DNA of 55,091 nucleotides, filler included, from Sphacelaria rigidula (lineage: Eukaryota): the NCBI GenBank assembly GCA_964200075.2. It is 6 parts of 6 records of this genome, joined end to end, with 100 filler letters (N's around TTAATTAATTAA, not from the genome) between each part and the next. Parts side by side here need not be neighbours in the genome. Positions count along the whole stretch, not along the records: positions 18,399 to 27,497 come from CAXNAA020009301.1; positions 27,598 to 36,695 come from CAXNAA020009302.1; 4 more parts are not named here. The stretch is one strand, 5' to 3'. Made by a program: the position numbers and the translations under genes. The notes beneath the pieces were generated by a model. The model did no database searches and was not told the origin of the DNA. It saw only the letters and a program-made list of their open reading frames with translations. Positions 23,024-34,200 of this stretch are shown here, piece by piece. Within the stretch, counting starts at the first letter, position 1, and every line of letters starts with the position of its first letter.

Positions 23024-25398
23024 TCAGGAGACAGGCAAGACCTCTCGGGCATGAGGGTACAGCGGTCGTGGACTACCCGCACCCATAGATTTTCCAGCAT
23101 CGGCACCCCTATCGGCACCCTCGCCACTTTCACCCCCCAGCACAAACCCGGGCTGCAAACACCCCCGGCTCCGGCCACCATGTCCGGACTTCGTCATTTC
23201 ACTACAATTACGACCAGCGTCACCAGCACAGCCCCCGCTCACGTTGTCACTTTCAGTCAGGGGATTATCCGTGGTGGGTGGACTAGGCGACGGGGTCTCC
23301 GTCGTGGTGTCGTCCGTATAAGTTCGCGCGAGTTCGATCTTCCCAGTGTCTGGCCACACCATCCACACGCCGTCGCTCTCTTCGCCCTGCTCGAACGCGC
23401 TCCTCGCCAGCCCCTCGTACACATCATCGTCGTCGCCATCATCACCATAACGTTTCTTTTCCATGCAGCAGCCGTCACCAAGGCGATCATCGCCGCCCGA
23501 CCACACTCCCCCGCTCCGATTCCGCCCGCATTCGCCAAATTCGCGGTTACCCCCATCATCCTCGAACTCTTCTCCGCTATCTTCCGTGAAAAAAGACGGA
23601 TCGAGAATTCCGCCAAGCTCGTTCACCCCGCTCGCCTTACTCCTCCCATCCATGTCTCCCGAGGCCAGCCGCGCCCGGCCGCTGCCACACCGCCTGCGCC
23701 GTGTCGGCCCCCAGGGGGACATCGCTCCGCTCGATGGCGCTCGACCAAATCCCGCCATCGACTTCCCCCGTCGCCTCCTGCACTCCGTCTCCGTCCCGGG
23801 ACCGATCGTGGTGGTGCTGCTCACTAGCCCCGCTGCGGCGCCCGTTCCGTCCTCGTCGATGTTCGCATTTCCCGGCGTGTACTCGGAAAACGTGCGCGGG
23901 CGGTTTCCGGTACTTCCGTTGCGCCGGTGGAGGCCGGGGCCTCCCCGTCTGAAGCGGGAGTACGACGGTCGTGGAGGTGAGAACGGGCGGGAGAGGTAGA
24001 AGTCTTGGGACAGGTCGCAGCCCCATGGCATCGCTCCGCTGTCGCTTGCCTTCGCACAGCTGTCGTTACCGTTATCGCGAGGCGGGGAAGGCGTTTGCGG
24101 TCGTCCCACGGTGGAGCATGCTGACGTGAGGCCCGACATGCAGGACTGCGGGGCGGCAGTGTTGGCAGTGTACGCGGGACGGATTCATGGGTTGGGCGTA
24201 GTTCAAACGTACGTACTGGAGATGATTCATAAGATACAAAAGTGCGAGATAAAGACCATCAAATAGCAAACAGACACGAAGCGCCAACATGAAGTTTCGG
24301 ATAAATTCCGGGCATTGATTGCGGCATGCTCATATATTGTGACCGAAGCCCAATCGCTATTTGAGTCGTACTCAGATAGTTTCCCTGGAGAGCAAGGAAT
24401 AATGATATCCACGGCGATCGTCAGCTGACCCCGGTGGTAAGACGAACCTTACATACGGTCCAACGGTCGAATGGTTCTAAATTAATTTGTGGCGCGCTCC
24501 CTTTACAAAGCCATCATTATGGCTCGTGGAGAAAGGTACCCAGGTCTCCGATCAATCACATCGATACCGCTCAACCAAACTGCGACGAGGCCTTTTGCAC
24601 ACACCTGCAAATGGTCAACTCTATCGGGCCGCAACAACGTTTCGTATATGAAATAAAATAGAACGCATATCTCACGTCATCTTCGGGCAGTCCGGGAAGC
24701 TTGTGGCGTGGTTCCGGCAGCGGAGCGGCGTCCATGATCAGCACAAGCTCCCGGAACATGGCGGGGTAGGTTGACCGTCCGCTACACTGCTTCTCGCTCT
24801 TCACTCCCGCCGTCCCGTTCTTCTTCATCTCCCCACTGGGCGATGCGTCTTCCTCTTTCTGGTCTTGCCGAGCGACCGCACGATCGCGAGAAGTTGACGA
24901 TGTTGGTTCCTTGCCAGACGCTACCGCTACTGCTGCGGCCGTTGGTGCGTCGTCAGCCGACGGAGCCGCGGGGTCAGCGACCGTCTCAACATGTGCTGCA
25001 TCGTCTGGTGTCAACGTTGTTGGAGCGCTGGCCTCGACTTGATCTTGTGATTGGTGAGGCTCCACAGAAGGGTCAACACGAGTCAAGGAGGAAGAGGACG
25101 ATGATGACAACGACTGGGGGGATAATACCGGTGTCCGCGGCTGGGAATCTCGCGCAGTGACGCGATCACCGTCAGCATCGGCGTCGACGACGTGATGTCT
25201 ATCGAGAGTACCAGCATCACTGTCGACAGTTTGCCGCCGTAGCAGCGGCATCTCTGTCCCCTCCTCGTTCTCCTCGTCCACGGCAAGTGCCGAGTTTTCT
25301 GCAGAGAGTGTCGCGCTATCAGCGTGTATCCGCCGATTTTCTCTCCGCCGTTCCCGGTCGCGCTTGCTTTTGTGCATCCTTCGCTCTCTCCGTCTTGT
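23024..25398 (-). CDS. Unknown low-complexity protein, last two exons (5' partial)
   Basis: Exon 25398-24676 (CGCAG| acceptor, 241 codons, GAC|GTGAGA donor) splices in phase 0 to exon 24145-23024 (CCGCAG| acceptor, TGA stop), giving ...PGLPEDD-SCMSGLTS.... Both are long GC-rich open frames. No domain recognised. Confidence 0.65.
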
Positions 25399-26089
25399 CT
25401 GCGAGTGGGCAACAAATAATTTCCGATGGAAACGCAAAAGGAGGGAGGGGGGGATCGGGGTGAGTGGGGTGTACAGCTTGACTCCGGAGCAGTCCAGCTG
25501 AGCGAAGTCTTTTGTGCCGGTGCACTGCTTCAGGCTCCTTGAGTGAAGAACATAATGTGCTCGGGTGCGGTGCATTGTGGGCAATCATTCGCCGTGTGTG
25601 TCAACTTTAAACAGTTTCCGTGGTCATCATGCGTCGAAATGTGCAGTTATGGCATCATCCCCGCTGCGACATATCGCGAAAACAGTCAATAGTGCCTTAC
25701 TTCTAGACGAATCGCAGCCAAGTAACCAGGGTCAACGTGAGGGCTATCGGGAATTGTTGAAACCTCCAACAGCCAAAGTGTTGGTGGCAAAATTGGCATG
25801 GCCCACCCTACGGTCAGAGGGTTAAAAACAAGGTAGTCAAGGCCTACAAGGCTGTTGCCTCAGACATGACCCGGCCCTCTAAAGGCAATGTTTTGACAAT
25901 TCGGGCGAATAAAATCTTTGTTCGTCTGTATCTACCTTATCGCACGAATTGATCATGCCATTCGTACGGGGGCGGTAGTTCGCACACGTTTAGGAGCCGC
26001 GATGCGTGCGGCAGTACATGAAACGTACACAATCCCGCTCGTCACTCATGGGTTGCACACTCAAAAGTACCCAACCTCTCATCAGCGAC

Positions 26090-26340
26090 TTGAATTCGCA
26101 TGAATCACGCGCACGACACGTGTTTCCCATCTGTGATCCATACGGCATAAACCATACGTACGCGTTTCCAGCCGTTTATTCGTAAGGCATGAATCAAGTG
26201 CACACGTTGTTCTATTAGCCGTCGCACGGCGACATTACCCGTACATCCTGTTTATCCACCATTGCATACGCATGAGGCAGACGGACCTTTTTGCTCATCC
26301 ATCCTTCGTGCGACATGAGTCTGACACACATTTCTCCGAC
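26090..26340. repeat. Degenerate ~42-bp tandem array related to the 45.5-kb array
   Basis: Recurring CATGAATCA / CATAAACCA / CATGAGTCT starts, followed by CACGT.TTCC-like and ATTCGT-like blocks at roughly 42-bp spacing. Confidence 0.45.
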
Positions 26341-27374
26341 CAGCACATCACTCTTTACAAGAGGTATCTCAAACTCGGTTCCCGGTTTCCTGGCTGGATT
26401 GTGTTGTTCAATTTTTCAAGTGCAACTGATGGCGATCCATCAGATGACGAGACCCTTGACCGCCAGGTCAGGTCTTCTATGATTTGCCATCACTTTCACT
26501 TGAAAAAGTGGTACAAAACCCAGAGCCAGCCAAGAAACCACGAAACCGGGAACAGAGTTTGACATACCCCTCTACAAATTCGTACTTGTATACGGACATT
26601 TTGAAATATCCGCCGGACACAGGCCTGTTAATCCTTTACCCTAACCCTTTGACCCCTACACGGGTAGGCGATCCGTTGAACCAATATCATTGTCAGTTGA
26701 AAAAAATGATGGAACATGCCGGTTCGACCAGTCGCCTACAATACCCCGCAGCGATTAGAGGGCGCGAAAGTTGTGGAGCGCTCATCATGTCGCTGCTTCC
26801 TTTTCTTCTTTCCCTTCTTTGGCCGTGTCTTCTGTCTTTTTCTGTTTCTTTCCTTCTTATTATGTTCTTCTTTTGCTGCTCCTGACAACGGGCTGGATTG
26901 TTGCAGTCAGCTGATGTGAGATAACTATTCAATCACGCGTAGAGAAAAGTCTCAAGTTATTTATGCCAGTTGAATCAATTCCAAGATTCCTGTACGTGAT
27001 ATATCTCATGATGCGCTCGATCTCATGCGTCGTACAGTTGCTACAGTTGGGATATTCTGAGCCCCCGCCGCTACGGCAGATGCTCTCATTGTTGAGAGGA
27101 CTACTGTGCTCTCAACCTGGTTCAATCCTTGGGCGAGAAAATATGTCATCTGTTGAATCGCATTCGATTCCACTCGAAAAAGGGTACGCATGGTCCATAC
27201 AGTATGGGCTAGCCTCGCGGTCTAGTGTTCACCCTTTTGAGACCTGACTCCCCCAGCGGTTGGGACCTGGTCTGTACCGTACGCAGGGTCCATTCGTAGA
27301 TCGGCATCACATTCGGTCATTTTCAAGAGAAAATGATGCCGATTAACAATGGTCCCTCACCTCTATTTTGTCCA

Positions 27375-27497
27375 TTTTTTTTTTCTCTCACACTTTGAAC
27401 CCCTTCCCTTCCTCGGGATGAGTCTGTGGTCTCAATAGATCAACCCATCTCTCCCCCGGTACGCGCTTTTCATTTTGATCTCGCGGATTGGGTCAGC
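27375..27497 (-). mobile_element. 3' end of the poly(A)-tail SINE, cut by the piece end
   Basis: Poly(T) at 27375-27384, then the reverse complement of the 3' half of the 29616-29912 element. Confidence 0.75.
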
Positions 27498-27597
27498 NNN
27501 NNNNNNNNNNNNNNNNNNNNNNNNNNNNNNNNNNNNNNNNNTTAATTAATTAANNNNNNNNNNNNNNNNNNNNNNNNNNNNNNNNNNNNNNNNNNNN
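27498..27597. other. Artificial scaffold linker
   Basis: N44-TTAATTAATTAA-N44. Confidence 0.98.
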
Positions 27598-27857
27598 CCC
27601 CTCCTCCCCTCCCTCCCCCCCCCCAGCTCTTTGTCGAAAATGATGCATGGTTGATGGTCGAACGACTAAGATGAGATGAGTACTCCCCCCCCCCCCGCTA
27701 CCCACGCCTCACCCCTGCACTCTGAAGATGCTGCTATCGTGTTTCGTCACGGTCCCCAATTGAATTTATCTGCAACTATACATTCGTGCGCAGTCCTGTG
27801 AATCGCAAGCCGTCTCATATTTTTACGTGATACATGGCGTACGTGATTGTCCTGCAG

Positions 27858-30800
27858 ACCTACCCAAGGGATCTATCGTGGTGTCGGATCTCCCCTTTGC
27901 ATTTCGACTGGAGCGGACAAATTTCATGGCCAAGGGCGAAAACAACGAACGACCTTCCGTGGAGGCCCTGCTGGCCGGTCTTCGGGCTGCGCTTACCGCT
28001 ACCCTCATCGACGAACTAGAGTTTCGCAACGGTGACTGCGTGGTGAGCAACGAGAAGCGAGGCACATATTGAAGCACTGCAAGTTCAAGTGTCATGTGGT
28101 CTGCGCTTTTTGGTGAAACTTGTGCCGCAGTTTGGTGTTGACTGCATCTCCAAGCTTTGTCCTGGTGGTGGTGTGCATCACCGAAATCCCTGAACCCGCA
28201 TTTCTCATTTCGCCCGCCTGTACATTACCTTCACACTCGTCGTGTTCCCTGTTCTATTCGTGACAATGGCGGGGATGATGGGGATGATGGTGCAGCTGGA
28301 GTGTTCTTTCCACAGCGGCAACCGATTCTTGAGCCTGTGGCTTCGAGTCTACATGCCCCCCGATGAGGAATCTGGACACCTGTGCAGCGTCCAGCAAGGC
28401 CAAGAAAAAGAAATCAGTGATGCGTCCTACCTCGTCGAGGCACAGCTGAGGGAGGGAGACCGACTGCACTTCTCGTCGCTGTTCCGGGATTTGATGAAGA
28501 CCTTCAAGGTGAGAAGAAGTATCACGCGAGAGATTATGATCGACATAAGAGCGCCCCCCGCTGTAAAGCATTTTCACTCTTGCTCGGGTGGTGTTGCTGT
28601 AGTTGTTGCCTTCCGGTGGTACTTTTGTTTCAGCTTGAGACAACTCCCATCACTAGTTACTTTTTGTTTCTCTCAACCGCTCGATACGTACCCCATCTCT
28701 CCCCCTGCTCCTTCCCCCTCCCCGTCTTGAAGGGATGTGTGGTCACTGGTCAAACGACCCATGCAAGCAATAAATTAGTACGTCCTCCCTCCCCCCCGCC
28801 GCACCTTGCCAATTCGGAACGAACAGTCCCAAGACAACGGCATGTCTATCGCGGGTACGTACCGGTATAAACCCAGGGCACAAGCCGGTGCAGGGGACGG
28901 GCTTGCTCTAGAAGAGGCCAGCTTCTCTCCATCTCGGCAGAGTCTTCGGCTCATCGCCGAACAACAGCAGGAGATACTCAGCGCTGCTTCTCACCCAGCT
29001 TCTATGCGCCGCGCCCTCGCCGATGGATTTGTGGGAGGACTTGATGCCAACCCGAGAGAAATTTCTCGCGCTCCAGTGCTCGGTGGATCTGTACCCCCTC
29101 AGCCTACGGGCAGGCTCAACGACGAATCTGTCGAGGTGTGTTGGTACTGGAAATGAACAATAATTTGTTGGTGGCTGTTCGTCATTTTACGGGCGGCGGA
29201 ATGTTCGGTCTCGGAGGCTTGAGTTGGGGTTTGGGTGTGTCTCACTTTTTTGCGTGGGGTGTTTGACGTTGTGCTACCTGTTACTTTCGACTCAATTATC
29301 TGCGCGCTACTTGGGTTCTCGTGGTGTGTCCTATTACACCTACTGTGGTTGGCGGAACGTTGACATGGAAAGTATGGTTGGTACATTGACAGAATTCATT
29401 TCAAGTAAAAGCTTGCGTTTCCACCACCATATGCTGGTTGGGATTGTCGACGTTATTCTTCTTTTTTTCAGGAGTTCGATAAGGAAGCCATGGAAGACTT
29501 GATCCAATTGACCAACATGATGCGAGGGAAATACCTGGATGTACAGACTGATGCTGCCACGGCTGTAGCTGGGCTCACCGCAGACGGTGAGTAACGGTTT
29601 TCGTCACATCGCCGCGCCCCGGTGGTGTAATGGCCCGGCTGTCGCCATTAGGATGGAGAGAACGGGGGTTCCATTCCCGATGCTTGGGTTTTTCCTTCGT
29701 GATGTATGATTTCCACCGTGGAAAGCGTGAGAACGTGAGTAAACAAAGTAGTCGACTGTGTCCGTGAGATGTGAGTTGACGCGGTGCGGGAGTGCTGATC
29801 CAATCTGCGAGATCAAGATGAAAGGCACGTAGCGGGGGAGAGATGGATTGATCCTTTGAGACCACGGACTCATCCCGAGAAAGGGAAGGGGTTCCAAGTG
29901 TGGGGAAAAAAATTAAATCACATAATCGTACATGACTCGAGCGTCAGTTTCCCAGTTGACTGAAGTGTTGCAGCATTGCATTCTTCTGCTGGTTTTCACC
30001 GTTTTTTCGCGATCACTTGAACCCTTGGACGGCGGTGCGGGTAGTTCATCTGGATCATGCATACTTTTTTCAAGTGAACATTGATTCCGATTCAGCAGGT
30101 GACCTACCCTCGTGGTCAAATGGTCAACCATTCGGGAACCCGTGCTGGATTTTTTTGTGTAGTGAATCGGCATCACTTCGAGTAGAAAATGACTGAAAAT
30201 GATGCCACTTCACGAAAACAAGAATACTACTGGGTTCCTAGAGGGTTAACGGGGCCGTGGTCCTTCTGTTCCGCTGTCTTTCGTCGTTTCCTCGCCCCTT
30301 CTCGTTTGTACTGACGGGAGCTGTCTCTGGCGGTCGAACTTCAGCTAACCTCCTCCTCATCCTTGACGAACATCTAATGCACAAACAGGTAACTTCGTAC
30401 GGTCTCTGGCCCAACCATCTGCCGAGAGTGTGGCGTCTACCCTGTGCTGCGCTTCCGCTCGTCTCCTGGCCGAGACCAAGCAGAGACCATCTCGGCGCCA
30501 AGCATCAGTCATCGTTGCAAATCTATCCGCCAACCTGGCCTGCGCGACTTTCATGCTAGCTGCTGACCATTCGATGTCCTCCCAAAGCCATTACGGTTAC
30601 CATCAGAGGAGTGGGTTTGCTAACCAGCCCAGACGTGGTTTAGTGGACGCCCTCGTGGGTATGGCCATGGGTGGGGGTGGCGACGGCTTCGAGAATGCGG
30701 TCGAAGAGGAGATTGGAACACGACGGGAGTGTATGCGAGCACTTCTGGGCTTAGCTCGGTGTGGTGTGCTCGCGCGACACGATGTGAGTTTTTCCTCCTC

Positions 30801-31221
30801 GGGGGGTTGTTATGGTTGCATTATGCGAGAATCATAATCGCTTCTTTGTGGGCGCAAGAGCATGCCATGTTGGATGTAAACTACTTTTGTCTCAGGTATT
30901 GTGGAGTTCGACGGGTAGCACATGGCGTTTTTTTGGTGAGAGTGCGTCGCTTCTCGTTCTTGCGATGTTTCACCGTGAACAGTTGCGTGCTTGGTGAAAT
31001 TCGTGTCGAGAGCTCATGTCACCCCCATCCCCCGCTCCGCCCCCCGCCTTTTGCCATGTCTGCATATCGATGACTCTTTCTACGCGTGATTGCTGCAGCC
31101 TGCTGTGAAGTGTCTACTCGAGCGTGATCCGACGGGGAAGGGTGCCAGCGACCCTTCTCTCATGACACGCCTCGGTAAGTTCAGAGAGGTCTTTACTGGT
31201 CAAACGTCGGTATCCGCCTGA
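27858..31221 (+). CDS. Spliced gene with a KA1-like region followed by armadillo-like helical repeats (5' partial)
   Basis: Phase-consistent GT-AG exons at 27858-28042, 28296-28508, 28827-29135, 29472-29586, 30389-30783 and 31099-31221 (TGA; alternative donor after 31174). YLVEAQLREGDRLHFSSLFRDL resembles a KA1 C-terminal motif; MMRGKYLDVQTDAATAVAGLT and TRRECMRALLGLA resemble ARM helices. The exon chain is well supported; the domain names are inference. Confidence 0.75.
29616..29912 (+). mobile_element. tRNA-derived SINE, poly(A)-tail family, intronic
   Basis: GCCCCGGTGGTGTAATGG (A-box), GGTTCCATTCCC (B-box, ~29667), ~300 bp long, ends in A7 (29906-29912). The 3' half recurs at 16947 and 27375. 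Confidence 0.75.
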
Positions 31222-34200
31222 TCTGAACCCAAATCGAGGCGTGGGGCTGTTTCCATGTCTGTTTTCCAAACCAGATGAAGACAAAACAAAAAGTCGCGTG
31301 CGGTCTGCTCCAACTTTTGAGGTGGACGGGGGAAGATGAGGGGAATGGACGGAGGGGAGGAGGCCCGTATGAGCCAAGTGTTTTTCAATGGCCAAGTTCT
31401 CGTCTTGTGAGCGCAGAAGGCCTTACCGAAACGGTCGTTGGATTATGTTGAGCGCCGCTCCACCCCGTGGTCTTGCCCTCCCTTTTTCCGCGTCCATTGA
31501 GGGTTTGGATGGTTGATTTGCTTTGTAGACTCGGGAGGTTGGGGAATGATCGAAAGGAAAATGATATAAAAAGCCTCAGCTGAAATACGCTTTGGGACGT
31601 GATTCCGTCTTGTGTTTCGATTGTTGGGATAATTCGTGTGGAGGGTCAGGGATATTGTCTCCTCTTGAGCCATCAGATGAAGGAGGAACTTGTCACGTGT
31701 TTTTTCACGTGCATTTCACAATGTATTTCACAATGGATGGGGAGGAAGATCTGGCTCTTTTGATACGTCATCTTCGTCAAAACATGATGCGGCATCTCGT
31801 GACCTCAATCGAGGGATCTCGCTTAGTGTGCAGTTTCGGCCGGTCATGTAGTCGGGAGTCATGGAATCTCTCAGAGTTGGGAATACAGGTACCAAAGGAG
31901 AGAACGACTGAAAATAACCCGTTCGGGTTGGCCTGGTGTATTCGGAGTGTTGTCTTTTGTGGATACAGTACCAAGAGAGAACATTTACTGAAATATTTGG
32001 ACTCGGATTCGATATCGCGTGTTTTTTTGTTCTAGTCTGTTTTTTTACACGGTCGTGTCCTGTGGAGGGGCGAGAGGGATTCGCTGATGTCTGTGTGAGT
32101 ACTGTGGTAAGACACATGCGTGTTGGTTTCGGTAGAGAAGGACGTGGGTTTGCCTGTGCCGTGTGCTTTTGTTGTTTGACTACAAAATACAGTGCTGTTT
32201 TGTGTGTCTTAGTCCTTGGTGCGACATGACCAATGTATATCCGTTAGTTTTTGGACCGCGGTATCGTGTTATGCCGCCCCAAAGACGCTCATGTCGCCAC
32301 CAAACCCGAGCGGGAAATGCCGTAGCTGAGAGGGCACTGGGGCTGCGTCGCGGCACCCACCCGACTGTGAGGGCTCGATGTGGTAATCGTGTGTAGCCCA
32401 AAGCATTTTCGTGCGAGGTCGTTTCGGCATGTTGGAAGTAAATGGCACCGGAGTATGAAATCTGTGAGCGCGCAGGGGGGTGTTATCCGTTGTCGAGTTG
32501 CGTACGCACTAGTCTTGGCGTCACGACACTGGTCGTGGCGTCACGACGGAAGAAGCATGACGGTGTGTCCGCACGGCATCGCAGTGTACACGCTGTTGTT
32601 GCGATCGATCGTAGTCATGCGTCGGTGCACACGTACACTCACTCGAACATATGAACCTGCGGGGTTCAAGGAGGACAAACATTTGCGGTGCAGTTGGGTC
32701 CGCCCGCCCCCCGTCTGTTTTGTTTCTTGAGAGCGATTGATGTTATACTTACGTATGCGCGAGTTACGTACAGTAGGAGTTGGATTGGCTATAGACCGAT
32801 ACGAGGAGCAGAAATGCAATCGAATGTGCCGTGTCGTGGTGATATCAGTTGATATGGAACCACTCCCGAACGATCCCATCTAATCTACTCGGTGGTAGCT
32901 ATGGCCTATTGTGTGGCTGATTGGAGAGAAAACGGGATGCAGAGTCGGGAAGCCATGGAGAATCATGCAGGGGATACATAGTGTGAAATGGAGGAGCAAG
33001 GGAGAAGCACGCGGGTGGAGAGGAGGTACACAACATCTCCCCCTTGTTGCTCTTCGTGGTATGGGTTGTTTTTATGTTGCTGACGTGTCTGGTATGGGTG
33101 TGTGGGGAAGAGCCATGCACGCGTGCGGGGGGATGGTGGGCCGCTGAGTTCCGGCCGCTCGCCAGCAACCTTGTGTGCGTGCTCCTTTTGCATGTTGTGC
33201 CGTGATGACTTCGTCGTCTCCATGACTCTGGCTGGGGGTTATCTCAGGAGACACAAGATATGGACCCATGTTGTGTTGTGCAGAATTTCCGGCGGTGCTA
33301 CTTGCATGTGTGGCCAGGTCGTCGGGGTTCTTACGTGAACGCGACAAGCACGCACGCACACGTGGGTGTGCTGTAATGTGAAGTGCCCCTGTTGCAGGCA
33401 CAAGAAGTCTACTTGCAGTGCAATACTTGCCGTAGGACAACAGGAGGTAAAAAATGTACAGGTTCGTGTTGGTGCGAACTATATAATGTTTTTCAGCTGG
33501 ACGCGAAGGGCGAGTGGTACTTTCTGTCTAGGGTATGTGACGAAAGCCTTCCGACTAGGATTTTCGTCTGTTGCAAGTGCCGCGCACCCGACCGACACTT
33601 GATCCCTGTGTGTTGGTAGAGCAACGACGGATACTCATCGTCAGCGGTGAAAACCGATTGACATGTGTATCGTGCAGGGGCGTTGTGACGGATTGGGGGG
33701 TGGGGGGGGGGGGTAGAATATATATCTTGGTACTGTTATCATATTATCGTAGCTCTCACATTATTATTCTTTCTTTTCTTCCTTACACATTTTCCCTCAG
33801 AATCTCTTCTCGTGTGTGGGTAGGCGAAGGAAGGTCTTGCGTCAGTCGAGCGGGCTGTGGATTTGACGTCAATGGCTCATGCAAAGAGATTGAAGATGAC
33901 ACAGTAGTAGTAAGGGTGCGCAGCAGCGATATTCAGGTATGGACTGTACATTGGTGATACTGAGAGCGCGTAGCAACAAGCAGACCAAAGGTGGAAAATG
34001 GCTGAACGCTCCTGTTCTAGTCTCGTGTCCCCCGCTCCCCTGTTTTTTTCAATGTTTTTGTAATTTGCCATATTTGGTGCGTGGGCGCGTCGGGCGGTCA
34101 TCGTTTGACCGGTTTTAGTTAGAGACCGTGTTTTTTTATATTATTTTCAAAAGCGACCCTCTCCTTTTCCTATTGGTCGTTGGTCGTTGCACGTTTTCCA

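Noticed and set aside
23051..23999. Plus-strand 258-aa and 178-aa ORFs
   Set aside because: Antisense shadows of the GC-rich minus-strand exon.
33801..33936. AG...GT-bounded segment open in one frame
   Set aside because: No recognisable product or partner exons, and it lies in probable UTR or intergenic sequence.
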